NCBI GenBank assembly: GCA_951406725.2 | Contig: OX597814.1 | Location: 223,200,001 to 223,264,000 of the forward strand | DNA: 64,000 nt | From: Octopus vulgaris | Taxonomy: Eukaryota | Reading direction: 5' to 3' | Shown here: positions 39,820 through 53,864 of the stretch, in pieces | How the letters are laid out: the number at the start of each line of letters is the position of its first letter | How positions within the stretch are numbered: position 1 is the stretch's first letter | Position numbers and translations under genes: made by a program | The notes under the pieces: generated by a model | What the model was told of the DNA's origin: nothing | What the model saw: only the letters and a program-made list of their open reading frames with translations | Database searches by the model: none

Positions 39820-41209
39820 GATTACTGACAGGAATATGAATGCAATGTGTACTATCTAAATATAAACACATACACCCCCGCACGCACGCACACACACACA
39901 TATGCGTATGTGAGTGTATGGGAGTGCATGTGTGTGTGTGTGTCTAGGGTGGTGTGTGTATCTTGGGTGTGTGTGTGTGATGCAGCTTCTGAAATATCCC
40001 TTCGGTTAAAGGATAATATCATCCGTACAATAGCAAGTTAATATGAGATGCATTTATTGTGCAATTTGTATAAGTGTGCTATCATCCATGATAAAAGAAG
40101 GTGCGCTCTCTGAAGTGAAATCTTTCAGAACTCCAAATAAATTTGGGACTACTCAACGAATTTTGTTATTTTTTCCTTCTGGATTCTATTTTACACATTC
40201 TCGTAAATGTGATGCCGGAAAACATTACTATTGAATACAATATTCCACGGTGTATTTCATATGCTAACAATGGCTGAATTATGGCACGCTAACAATGCCT
40301 AAATTATTCTAGTTGAAGAATTTACAGCATATTTTTTCTAAAGGTATTCACATATAATATTTTATGCAGATAATAACTAGTTCAGTTATGTAATCGCATC
40401 ATATTTTATTGTCAATTATATTATCATATCAATACTTTATCACTTTGTAATATTTGATGTACGATGTAGCCAACATTGTAGATCAAGAGGTTAAACCTCA
40501 GGATTTTATTCTCTGTTTAAGCAATTTTAGTTTTCAAAAGTCCCCAGTTCACACGGTTACTTCCGTTTCTCTTTCATAAACATAACAATTTAAAATATAT
40601 TTCTAATTAGATAAATGGTCAGTCTAATCCTCTTTCACTGAAAATTTGAAAAGCCACCCCTATATACGTCACCAATCTCTAAGAAAAATTTATTTACTAA
40701 AATCCCCTAGTGCTTTATTTCTATCTTGGTCTTACATCCAGTTGTACTTGTATGTTATCTAAATTATTACACGTCACGCAAAAGATATTTACATAAATTG
40801 TTATTAACATAGACGTATTATGTTGTGAGTAGAGCTGTGAGAGATTCTGTAAGCAGTGTTACGTTTCGTTTTCTATTGTGAAATCTCGCTATAATTTTTC
40901 TATCATAAATGCGCATGAAAATTTGTATGCAATATTGTGAAGGTCTTTTTAATATTCACAAGTGATTGGTTCTGTTTCCAAACTTCATTTTCTGGATATA
41001 TTTAATTTCATGCGTTTATATTCGTCTCATTTCTTCATGTCTTAATGAGATAAATTTTTGTCCATTGGGTTTTCGATTTCCCGTAACTGTCTATGTGAAT
41101 AAACAGATAATCGATTTGATTTAATATTCCTGTCTTCATGAGTTGACATGTCGCGCTGTATATTCCCTTTGGCATGCTCTGAAATATATCTTGCAATGTT
41201 AGTGTAATA

Positions 41210-42340
41210 TTCTTGTGTGGATATTATTATAGCCGCCATTTTCAGTTTCATTTATTCTCAAGTCCTTGTACAGTGCTTTATCTTCGCAATCTTCCATCCT
41301 GCAGAAGCCTCACCTTCTTACTTCCGATAATAGCGGTTCTGTGGCATTTTTTACATATCATGCTATATTATTTTCTTCTGCTCTAATGCTGTGTTCGCAT
41401 CCAATCATTCCTCTTCCTCCTATTTCTCTTGGTACATACAGTCTGTCTATCTCACTTTTTGGCTGGAGTATCCCATATCTAGTTGGCAACTTCCTTGTCT
41501 TTTTGTCTAAGCTGTTTAGTTCGTCTAATGTCCATGCCATTAACCTTGCTCCATATCTAAGGAGTGATAGCTTCAATCTTATTAAATTCGTTTAATTCCG
41601 ACTTAAGGACCAGTCTGAGTCTGAGCAAGTATTCCACCTTAAATTTTTTTGTCATTTCTTTCTTCATCAATTTATCCATTTCCAATATCCCCGAAGACTT
41701 ATAGCCCGCCGCTTCTATCTGCTTCATAACCTCCCCCGACGATATCGCTAGCCCGCCCATGCATTTAATTTTGCTTCTCTTCAAGACTAACACACCATAC
41801 TTTTTCAGTTTGAACTCCATTCTGATATCAGCACTGAAAGTATACACCTGGGATTCATCCTTACCATAAAGTTTGAGGTCATCCATGAATAACAAGTGGT
41901 TGACTTTTGTTGGTTGTTCTTTAATACATACTCAGCCTTTGCTTTCCTCAGAATCAGTGTTAGTAGTATCATGCACAGTACAAAGATCAGTGGGGACAGG
42001 CAGTCTTCTAAGAAGATGCTTCTCCTGATTTCTACTGTCACTAAATTTCTTCCATGTGCTGCCAGTTCCGCCCTCCACTTCACCATACTTTCTCCAAAGA
42101 ATCGGTCAATATTCGATGCAATATCAAATAATCCAAGAATGTAGGATAATATCGTATAACTTGCGATAATCGATCCATGTCATGGCTAAATTAGTTTTCC
42201 TCCACTTGCATCTCTAAGTACAATTTCGTCTAGCTGGATTTGATCCTTGGTACTTCAGCACTTATCCTTGCATCCCTTCTGCTCATGCGACAGGACCCCA
42301 TATTTTTCTAGATGCCCCTATATTGACTCCGCGACTACTT
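41210..42340 (-). pseudogene. R4/Dong-like non-LTR retrotransposon RT relic
   Basis: EQKGC...TKDQ, WIDYRK, DCLSPLIF, LLFMDDLKLY, LDKKTRK...DRLYVPREIGGRG motifs across frames. Confidence 0.85.
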
Positions 42341-42369
42341 CAATCAATCAATCGATTATTATTATTATT

Positions 42370-43038
<669 letters not shown>

Positions 43039-43207
43039 TTACTACTACTACTACTACTACTATTATCATTGTTACTATTATTAAGTTGAGCACTCATGTC
43101 GATAAGTTACAAGCCGTTTGCCTATAGTGTAAAGAATAAACTACTATTAGTGTTAACCTTAGTAAATATTCTGTTACAGCAGCACCGCACCGTAGTAGTA
43201 GCAGTAC

Positions 43208-43257
<50 letters not shown>

Positions 43258-43630
43258 GTAGTTGTAGTTGTAGTTGTTGTTGTAGTAGTAAGCAATCATT
43301 GTATTTAATAGCATGTTTTCTGGTTATTAAATGACGATCCCCAATATGTTTTTTAACCTGGTGCAATCGCACAAATTATTTTCTTAAAAAGGAATTTTCA
43401 AATTAATCCATCAAAATTTTAATAACTGAAATATGTTTAATAATTTTTATTTTTGTATGTGTCTCCCTATATTTTGAATGTCACATTTTCAATATTTCTT
43501 TTAAATATTTCACATATAATTAGAAACTTTTAGTGATCTTACTCGTTTGTTTATAGAACCGCACATAGTCAGATACGCTCCACACTCAAAACGCGCATAC
43601 TTCTATATGTACAAACGTGTATATATATAT

Positions 43631-43666
<36 letters not shown>

Positions 43667-43671
43667 GTATA

Positions 43672-43728
<57 letters not shown>

Positions 43729-43732
43729 TTTT

Positions 43733-43948
43733 GTACTTGTTTCAGTCATTTGACTGCGGCCATGCTGGAGCACCGCCTTTAGAGTGGTGAAAGAGTACAG
43801 CAGGGATCACCACCGCCTGCCGGAGCCTCGTGGAGCTTTTAGGTGTTTTTCGCTCAATAAACACACACAACGCCCGGTCTGGGAATCGAAACCGCGATCC
43901 TCCGACCGCAAGTCCGCTGCCCTAACCACTAGGCCATTGCGCCTCCAC
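43733..43948 (-). mobile_element. Chimeric SINE: family C head joined to family B tail
   Basis: 43783-43948 is the family C head; 43733-43780 is the tail GGCGGTGCTCCAGCATGGCCGCAGTCAAATGACTGAAACAAGTA. Confidence 0.8.
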
Positions 43949-44059
43949 ATATATTTATATATATATATTTATATATATATATACACACATATATATATAC
44001 ATATATAATTATATACATGTGTGTGTGCGTGTTTCTGCATAATTCTGGGAGTCATATCT

Positions 44060-44205
44060 ATTGATTTTCTCTTATTCCTTCTGTTGAAGAGTGTAAGCTC
44101 GAATCGTAAAAGACTTTCTCACTTTCTTGAGCATCAAACCAATACACCTGCTTGTTGTTCATAATCCTGTCGTCGTCTTTTGTTTTTCTGTAAATTTCAA
44201 CTATA
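44060..44205 (+). mobile_element. Short non-coding repeat with minimal hammerhead-like motif, copy 2
   Basis: CTGTTGAA-GAGT-gtaa-GCTC-GAAT-CG-TA-AAAGA; homologous to 35880-36046. Confidence 0.6.
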
Positions 44206-44214
44206 TATATGTAA

Positions 44215-45250
44215 GAAATTAAAAAAGGAAAATACGCACAGTTTACATAGTTTTAATATTCGACCGGTTTCGCTTTCGCTATTCATGATATTATGGTTTA
44301 CTTATTTGAATATGTATTTTCTTAAGAAGAAATATTAGTCCATTATGTGTGTGATGATATATTTACGAGTGAACGACTTCACAAGTAGAAAAATACGGGG
44401 AGGTAATTGGTTAACGTTATTATTATTGTTGTTTTTGACAAACGAGATAACTGTTCAGCTTTCGGTAAGAGGAGGGGAATATATATGTACACACAAAAAA
44501 TGGTTTCGAAAAACCTGTTTAATGAGGGCTTAATGTACAGTGATGTAATCGTGAATTGAAATAAGTAAAAAGGTAAATGTTGGTTGTGCATGCATATTAA
44601 GACGTGTTCTTTATTCTTTTACTTGTTTCAGTCATTTGGCTGTGGCCATGCTGGAGCACCACCATTGGTCAAGGAAATCGACACCAGGACTTATTCTTTG
44701 TAAGCCTAATACTTATTCTATCGGTCTCTTTTTGCCGAACTGCTAAGTTACGTAAACACACCGGCATCCTTTGTCAAGCGATGTTGGGGGGACGAAAAAA
44801 GTTTCTTTATTTAAACGTTCTTGTGGGGAGATTGTGTCTTTGCACTGGTAAAAGGGGAAGACTGAGAAATTTGGTTTGATGTTATCTGCACATGTTTGTT
44901 CACTGCGAGAAATTTGTCTGTATATATCTTTATGTAGAATGGTTCTCCTTCTCAAGGTCATACTCGTCTCTCCAATATAGTTGTGTCCGCAACCCGAGCA
45001 GGTTATTACATAAATTAGGTTCTCAGAGGCACAAGTGAAACTAGTTTTAATTGTGAACCGCCGCCCTTGTTTGAAACGCAAATCCGAGCCTTCATGTAAG
45101 TTGGGGCAGGTTCCACAGTTTGGGGGTCCACAGTTTTTAGCCGTTGGTATCGTGGTTGCTTTGTAAAGCTTCGCATTTGTTAGCAGTCTCTTTAGCGATT
45201 TGTGTTGCTTTTTGCATTTGATGACCTTGTGCGTTTTCAGGATTTCGTTC
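44215..45250 (-). mobile_element. Penelope-like element 3' part (Cys-rich linker, GIY-YIG endonuclease, pLTR with decayed HHR), interrupted by a SINE
   Basis: ORF 44743-45252: CGPPNCGTC...FTCASENLIYVITCSGCGHNYIGETSMTLRRR; HHR-like motif at 44255-44292; SINE family B tail at 44604-44790. Confidence 0.85.
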
Positions 45251-46064
45251 ATTTTCTTACAAAGGAATTTTCAAATTAATCCATCAAAATTTTAATAACT
45301 GAACTATGTTTAACAATATTTATTTTTGCATGTTTCCCCCTATATTTTGAATGTTCAAAAATGTAAAATATATATATATATATATACACACACAATCCTA
45401 CCACACTCTACGTCGTTACTTGTCTCCAGAGAGACGAACGTAAGTCGAAATAACCATTATTTAAATGTATATATATATATGTAATAATTAAAAGTTAAGC
45501 TAGCCTAGGTTGTTTTTATGTTAGCTTACGAATTTGGTAAATTATTAGGCAAGCCTAGGCTGCTTTTGTAGTAGAAAGAAATCATTTCAAATTCTGTACT
45601 CTTTTCTGCCTGATTGCTGAAAGTCGGTGTTTCTCATTGAGGCTAGTTTAGGAGGAGGACATTTCACACTAAATGTCGATGGTTGGGATCGTCACCTGAT
45701 TCCTGCTCTAATTGTGTAGATCATTGCGCCAACTTATCTAAAGTTCCTTGAATTGTCTTTTCTTCTTCAAGGTGCAATAGTATCTTGACAACCCTGCCAA
45801 TATTTTTACAAAACGTTGTGCATTGGGATCCATTGTTTTTGCATTTTCTTCAACGTAAAACGACGAGGATCAGGATCTATAATGCAAACTGCATTTTAAC
45901 ATTAATTTTAATATGCTTTACGGATTATACTGTATAGTTCTATTAGTTTTTTTAATTTATTTCCCAGAGACGAATACGAGCGTAACAAATCGACACATCC
46001 TGCAACTAACACTGTAGTATGAACGTTATTACTGTTTTGCTTGGTGACATAAATTAATACTGTA

Positions 46065-46146
<82 letters not shown>

Positions 46147-46170
46147 TTGTCTTGTTGTCGAGAGAGGCTC

Positions 46171-46263
46171 CCTTTCTTTCCTGATGAGAAGATTGCATAA
46201 TGCACCCTTTATTCCTTTGGAATTAAACCATGTTGTCTTCGAAACCTATGTCGAGAGTAAAGG
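46171..46263 (+). ncRNA. Type I hammerhead ribozyme, canonical core
   Basis: Stem I CCTTTCTTTC(46171-80)/GAGAG(T)AAAGG(46253-63); CTGATGA 46181-87; stem II GAAGAT.GCAT/ATGT.GTCTTC; GAAA 46241-44; minimal stem III ACCTATGT; GUC 46250-52; begins ~30 bp after a (TA)n tract. Confidence 0.85.
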
Positions 46264-47210
46264 AATTTTGTTAACATCTTTGTTCGACTCCATTCCTTCA
46301 TTTATTCATATACAACACACAAATTTCTGCACATGAACCCGGAGTTTCTACCCTTGGACAGGTCGCTTCAACCGTGTTTCTGACGTGAATTTGCAACCCT
46401 GGTTTCGGTTCAACGAATTTTCCATGCTGACGATAAACATAGGATAATTCATTCACCTATTTATATATATATACATGTATGTACGTATGTATATAGTAAC
46501 ATCTAAAGCTAAGATCCCTGGATCAAAGTGTCGGAAGGTAGTAACCTTCTAGCAGTCCGTAGGAGGTATAAGGAACAATTTTCAGGTACATATTGATTTA
46601 TTGACATAGAAGGTTGTAAAGTTTTTCCATATCGAATTGCGATGAGGTGAAAAAAACACTATTTTCTACCTCCCTCTCTTTCTATCCGATATTCTTCCTC
46701 TTTATTCTACTTTGACTCCATTTATATGTATTTACAGGGTGCCACAGTACATTTACTTATTTATTCTACAGTAAACCCAGCAAATGACCCCAGCCGGGAT
46801 TCACAAAAATTGTTCCCTAGCCAGCCTCCATAATACCAATTTTTCCTGGTGTTCTTTCCCTTTTGTTTTTCTGCATTCGAATTTTTATTCTTTTCCTTAA
46901 TAAATTTAGACATTTTCCCACTCTCATTTATTATGTCTTCAAAAATACGTTTTCACTTTTGTTTTCCACGCATTTTCAGTCAAATCTCCTGCGTGTTAAC
47001 TTGGGATCCCTTGACAAGAATGTAACTTTCTGTTGACTAAGGTATCTTTGGACCGACCAGTAGCTAACGGATTATCTCTCATTTGGGTAAATACTATTTA
47101 CGATATTCTGCCAGCTATGAAACATAGTCTGGATTACATTTACTCCATTCCATAAAGTTGTATATCTATCTATCTATCTACCTGTCTGTCTGTCTATCTG
47201 TCTGTCTGTC

Positions 47211-47302
<92 letters not shown>

Positions 47303-47328
47303 TATATGTATGTATATATCTATATCTA

Positions 47329-47371
<43 letters not shown>

Positions 47372-49436
47372 ATGTATATATATATATATATATAAATAAA
47401 TGTATCAATATTTTGGTATGATATGAATAGATAGATAGATAGATATTGATTTTTGCTCTAGTGCGTTTTTCTCTGAGTTGCACAATCATCCGTTAGTTAC
47501 TGTTGAATCAAATGTATTATCTGAAAATTACTTCTATTCTTCATATTGCAAAGCACACGTACTTCATAATCTGTTTTACTACATGAGTTTCAAATAGATT
47601 TGAACCGAATTATTTCACTGAAGGCTATTCTTTCTCTCTTATGCAATCCTATTATGGAACGAAATTACTTCTATCAGCCTGAGCCTCATAAATGGCAACA
47701 TTTAATGATTTATCTTAGCACCAAAAGACGATTCTATGCATCTGTAGTTTCTTTTTTTTAATTTAATCTCAGAATGTATTAAGGGAATAGCAATTACTAG
47801 CTTTCGAGTGCAGTAAAACCAGCTGGATAATTCAAATAGCTCTGTAATCACAACAATCTTTTGATCCTTCAAACATCTCAATATTTTCTTTTATATTTTT
47901 CATTTTTACTTTACACTGTATCTACCACAACCAAGTAAATTACGTTTTCATTTCCCTGTTATTTTTTTTCAATCAGTGACTAGTATGCAGAATAAGCGTC
48001 AAATCATATTGCAATTCTATGCTAGCATGCGATCGCCTGTTATAAAATCTTGTAGTGTTCAGCGCAAATAAAAAATATATGTTATTTTGTTTCTCTGCAG
48101 GAGAGATTTTCATAAACGTCAGAACTACCTGCATGGTTAGGAACGTAAATGCGATGATATAATTCAAATAACAGCAGAAAGACAATTGTATTTCAGCGTA
48201 AGTCCAATACCAAAAGAGAAAAATTAATCTTATATATAATCGCATTGCGAGTGAATTTTCACATTGGCCAATTAGCTACAGTTTCGTTTCTACTCTTCTT
48301 CTCTGCACTTTTTTTTCTTACATTTTTTTCTTTTTGCGTAATGCCAGGATTCATACTACAGTGATATTTATGGAATTTTATTTTTGGTATTCGAAAAGAA
48401 AAACATAAGCATCAAATAAATGCTAGCTACTCCATATGGTCAATACATAAATGAATAAGTCTGTAGTGGTGTATCTTCCTGTAAGTATTCCGTCTTCAGC
48501 TTAGCAACATTATTCTACTCATAAGTATGAAATATGTCCCAGGAATTCAATTGGAAAGCAAACTAGTTTAATCAGTGTGTAAATGATAAAATACCAGTTT
48601 CATAATGTTTTTAAACTGATTAGATTATTGTCGTTTTATACCTGAACTGTTAGTTCATATTTCTCTAACCCTAACCCTGATTGGCGATATATAAACCAGG
48701 ACCAGTTGATTTCGATCCGAGAATAACCTTTATTTAACAGGAGCTTTATTGTATAGATGCAAAAGAAGTTTAAGCATAAAATAGTTTCTCATGTAATAAA
48801 ATAAAACAAAAGCCAAATAAGTTATCAAAAAATATAAACCAACAAAAATTTTGAACTCTGCTACCACCACTCAGATAAAAACAGCTGATTTCGATTTTCA
48901 TTGATATATTTCTCTCATCGTGACCATTAATAATTGCAATAATTATATAGTTTTAATTACATTTAATCAATATCAAATTAAATTAAAGTGAAGTAAGTTC
49001 AACTAAAACACGTTAATTGTATTTATCCCAATCAAAGTATATTTACGTCACTACCATACAACAAATTGGCTTACTCATCAGTAATGAATAGCATTATTTA
49101 TTTTAAATTTAATTCTTCGTTAAACATTTTCAATGACTGTTTCTGATAAAGAGCGTAAACAAAATCAGTTTCGCGAACTTATTGAACTGAACGGAATATA
49201 TTTGAAATTTTCAACGGCCTAAATCTTATTTCGATTCCAGGGCAAATAAATTTGCAAGCGGTTTATGGTTTTGATAAGGATTGGCCCTGATGAACATGAA
49301 AAGAATATGCAAAATTTTGTAGATGTTACACTACTGAAGGAAAAAAAGAATCGCATTCGTAGAAACAAAATAAGCCAAAAGTGTGATGAGAATGCGATAG
49401 CGATTTATATATATATATACTGTATATATGCATGTA

Positions 49437-49495
<59 letters not shown>

Positions 49496-49496
49496 T

Positions 49497-49811
<315 letters not shown>

Positions 49812-50141
49812 ACGATTATATTTTTACTTTCGCAATATGGATGACAAACTCTCTGGGAAGCCATTTTATTATGAAAACATACAGGTAATATGCCACATGG
49901 AAAATCATTATAAAGCACGGCAATTGAGGAAATGAGAAATAGCTGTGGATGTCACTTAAGATAAGACTAATACACGAAGACAAATCTGAATTTGACTATT
50001 TTATTCGTACATGTTTGTAACATATTATTCCTCTACCAGATTAATCCATGTATTGCAATCGATGAGGTATTGACAAATGAATAAGTATCGGTCATGGACA
50101 AATTTACTACATGCACTTATAATATTTTACAATGCATATAC

Positions 50142-50187
<46 letters not shown>

Positions 50188-50489
50188 GAATGTATGTATA
50201 TATATATATATACACAGGAGGACATGTGTACCATGTACATTATATTATATTACATTACATTACATAAGACTCTGAATTAATATCGAAATCGAACATAAGC
50301 GTTAATCAGAACAAAATCTGAAGCCATTTTATATTGTGCTTATGGCAAAAACAAAAAAAAAAAAAAAAATATGGCGTAATGATATACAGACTAATACTAT
50401 CTTTACAAATTTCAAATTATAATAAAAAATGTATAAATTGTAATCAACTTTTTGATAGTGCAGCTGAAGAGTTCTTTAAACTAACCCTA

Positions 50490-51050
50490 GAGATGACATA
50501 TTTGGTTTTATCCAGCGTTTGAAGATGGAGGTGGAGAGGAATCCCTCACTTCCGGACTCATCAGATATGTTCAGAACTAGACTACTGGTTGATTCTAACC
50601 ATTAGAGATGTTCCAAGTGAAATAGAAGTGACTGTAATAGAAATAAGAATTGTGTATATTTGTTAGTATGTGCTTGTGTTTGTATATGCATGGTGGCATT
50701 ATATATTTCTACGTTGTGTATGCGTACGCGTAGGGGGGGGGACATTTGTGAGCATCGAGGTATTTCTAATCGCTTAGACGTGCGATGTAATTAAATTTAG
50801 TGTGAAAATTGAAGCCACGGTGGATAGCGTTTGAGAAAGAAGACGAGGATCAAGTTCTCACTAGAAGCAAGATTGAATGCTTAGGCCGAAGTTGAAGATT
50901 AAGGTGGAGAGACCGACGAGTTGGAACTGCCAAGAGACTGGTTTTCCGAGGGCAATTCCAAAGTATTGCATTGGAAACGCGTTCAACATTCGACATTCTG
51001 TTCCCCTGATTATGTGTGCTGGTAAATTGGTATGTTTGCAATTATACGTA
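50490..51050 (-). mobile_element. Decayed Penelope-like 3' relic with HHR-like remnant (50509-50568)
   Basis: YNC...HIIRGTECRM...KPVSWQF resembles the GIY-YIG YIGETxR...PVxxHF; downstream CTGATGAG...TC(-)AAACGC. Confidence 0.45.
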
Positions 51051-51055
51051 TAAAG

Positions 51056-51111
<56 letters not shown>

Positions 51112-51579
51112 ATGCAATTATTATATGTATCCTTACAAGCATATGAAAATAATATTGTTACTAATTTAGACAATATTCGTTCATAAATATGTATGTGTTG
51201 TGTGTTTGACATTTTCAGATCTGTTCTTTGGCTTTGAACGTGTCTGAAGTGGATACATGAATTATCATAGTGATACGAACAAAACATCTGTCTATTATTG
51301 GGATATCGCAATTGTTGTAAGATCAATATTTCACAAGTTTCTTCTGACTCTTTTTGATGAAAATGTCAAGTGATTTTACAGTGAAAATATGTTCGTATTT
51401 AAAATTATAAGTGTTTATGATACTATTGATGCAGGTTCTGCGGTTAGGACGACTTTCCTATTTGGATATTGTCTTAATCTCAGATGTAATTTGACTGTTA
51501 AAATGTTTAGACATTTTTGTTTTGCATTGGTTTTTTTTTTATATTTTGTCTATTCCGAATATTCTTATAATAATCATTT

Positions 51580-51790
51580 CAACTATAGGAACAAGGCCTA
51601 CAACTTGATTGGGAGAGGGCTAGTCGATTACATTGGTGCCAGCGCCTGACTGGTACTTATTTGATCAACCCCGAAAGGATGACAGTAAAGCCGACCTCAG
51701 TGAGATTTGAACTCAGAACGAAAAGACGGATGAAATACTGCTAAGTATTATGTTTAACGGACAAGCGGCTCTGACAGCTTGCTGCCAGCA
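51580..51790 (-). mobile_element. SINE family A
   Basis: CTGGTACTTATTT..TCAACCCCGAAAGGATGA...TTTGAACTCAGAACG is the reverse complement of the family core. Confidence 0.8.
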
Positions 51791-51899
51791 CCACCAATAT
51801 CAAAATCATTTGTAACATTTGCACAGAACTGAGCATGCCGAAGGAGAGCAAAACCGATTAGATCGAGCACTTGGTAATTATTTCATCAACCCTAATAGA

Positions 51900-52865
51900 G
51901 GACTCAAATTAAATAGTTTTGGTGTGGTAAGCCTTTACACCAATATTCGACATGAGTTAAGAATAAGGGCGATTTAATACTGAATAGAAAAACATAGAGA
52001 AGTGATTCCCAACAGATTCATGGTGCTATTTATGTTAGACACAATCTGACTAGTTCTGGAAAACAGCACATTTTTCACTGGTAAGAATTGCATCCAAATT
52101 AAAGGCACGGCTATGGGAACGAGGTTTTCTCCCGTTTACACGAACTCTGTAATAGGATACTTAGAACAAAAAATAAAAAAAAAGAACGGCCAAGAATCAG
52201 AAGAAAACTATATCCCTAAATTTAGAAAGTATAATGAAATTGAATGGAAGCGATACATTGACGACTGCTTCATAATCTTTACAGTATCTCTAAATATTCT
52301 GGAAGAGTTCAATATCCTCCTGAACAACCTACGCCCATCTCTCCAATTTACAAAGGAAATGACTAAGTACCAAATTACCATTACTTGATATAATGGTAAT
52401 GAAAAAGGACAGCACCATTGCCAAAGATACATACTATATACTTACGGACACACATCAATACCTGAATTTTAAGTCTTGTCATCCACCTCATACAAAACGC
52501 AACATCTCATGCAGCCTAGCCAGAAGAATTTGTACTATTGTAGAAGATGTGAAAATCAGGAAGAAACGCATAACAGAACTAAGAATTTTTGCTCAGACAA
52601 AAATAGCCGTCTCTACTTATACGAAATGGCATATACAGCAGGTTATAAATATACACACACAACAACAGAGGACAACGCGGCACACAACCCATGTCATCAT
52701 TGCCAAAGCAAACCTTCCAATCATTGCTCAAAGTAATCAATTAAGAGGCATAATCACAGATCGAGCTATGACTCGAAAAAATAATTAACAGATTGTAAAT
52801 TTGACTTTAGCAACAAAGACTAATCATTCACTGTATCTGAATGCAATGATAGCCGATGTGGCACA

Positions 52866-52870
<5 letters not shown>
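51900..52870 (+). pseudogene. Penelope-like RT relic
   Basis: SLYTNI, QIKGTAMGTRFSPVYTN, WKRYIDDCF, TDTHQYLNFKSCHPPHTKRNI...SLARRI, and Cys motif CNDSRCGTC at the end. Confidence 0.88.
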
Positions 52871-52908
<38 letters not shown>

Positions 52909-52912
<4 letters not shown>

Positions 52913-53087
52913 AAGGAAATGAAGAAAATGCTGACAAATAATTGAAGTAATTTAAGTAATTTAATTAGGTGAAAGTTCTTATTTTGATAAGCATAACAAA
53001 TGCGCAACCGGTAAAAAGAACTTTCACCTAATTAAATTACTTAAATTACTTCAATTATTTGTCAGCATTTTCTTCATTTCCTTTTTT
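52909..53087. repeat. 72-bp-arm fold-back with a decayed hammerhead in the spacer
   Basis: 52909-52980 is the reverse complement of 53016-53087; spacer reads TTGATAA-GCAT-aacaa-ATGC-GCAA-CCGG-TA; (TA)n flanks. Confidence 0.8.
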
Positions 53088-53122
53088 ATATATCACCACT
53101 CGTGTTCGACATCTCCTTTTTT

Positions 53123-53194
<72 letters not shown>

Positions 53195-53222
53195 GTATAT
53201 ATATCATTGCATATAGATACAT

Positions 53223-53500
53223 AGGAGCGTGGCTTAGTGATTAGGGCATTCACGTGATGATCGTAAGGTCGTGAGATCGATTTCCTGCAACGCGCTGTGT
53301 TTTTGACCGAAACGCTTTATTTTACGTTTCTTCAGTCCGCTTAGCTGGTAAAAATGAGTAGTTAATGTATTTGAAAGGGCCAGCCTTGTTACATTCTGTG
53401 TCATGCTGAATCTCCTTGACAACTACGTTAATTTTACGAGCAAGCTGTTCCGTTTATCGAATCAACTGGGACCCACGTCGTCGTAACCGACGGAGTGCCT
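53223..53500 (+). mobile_element. tRNA-derived SINE (D-like head/core, family C tail)
   Basis: Head GGAGCGTGGCTTAGTGATTAGG, core CAGTCCGCTTAGCTGGTAAAAATGAGT; tail matches 22613-22800. Confidence 0.8.
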
Positions 53501-53516
53501 CTTAAATATATAAACA

Positions 53517-53567
<51 letters not shown>

Positions 53568-53712
53568 TGCCCGACGGCCGGGAACGTGAAAGTCTGCGGA
53601 ATAGTTTTTTGTGATATTTCTGCTACTTTTCAATAAAGCGTATTACTGTAACTCTGGTATTTGAGTACTCTTTTTTCCACCTTGTTTCGCATTTATGTGC
53701 TTACTCCTGTAC

Positions 53713-53747
<35 letters not shown>

Positions 53748-53748
53748 C

Positions 53749-53864
<116 letters not shown>

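Noticed and set aside
48085-48203. Strong + strand acceptor at 48100
   Set aside because: Stops in all frames before the good donor at 48198; the nearer donor is weak
48664-48678. TAACCCTAACCCT telomere-like repeat
   Set aside because: Only two units; expected by chance or within a TE
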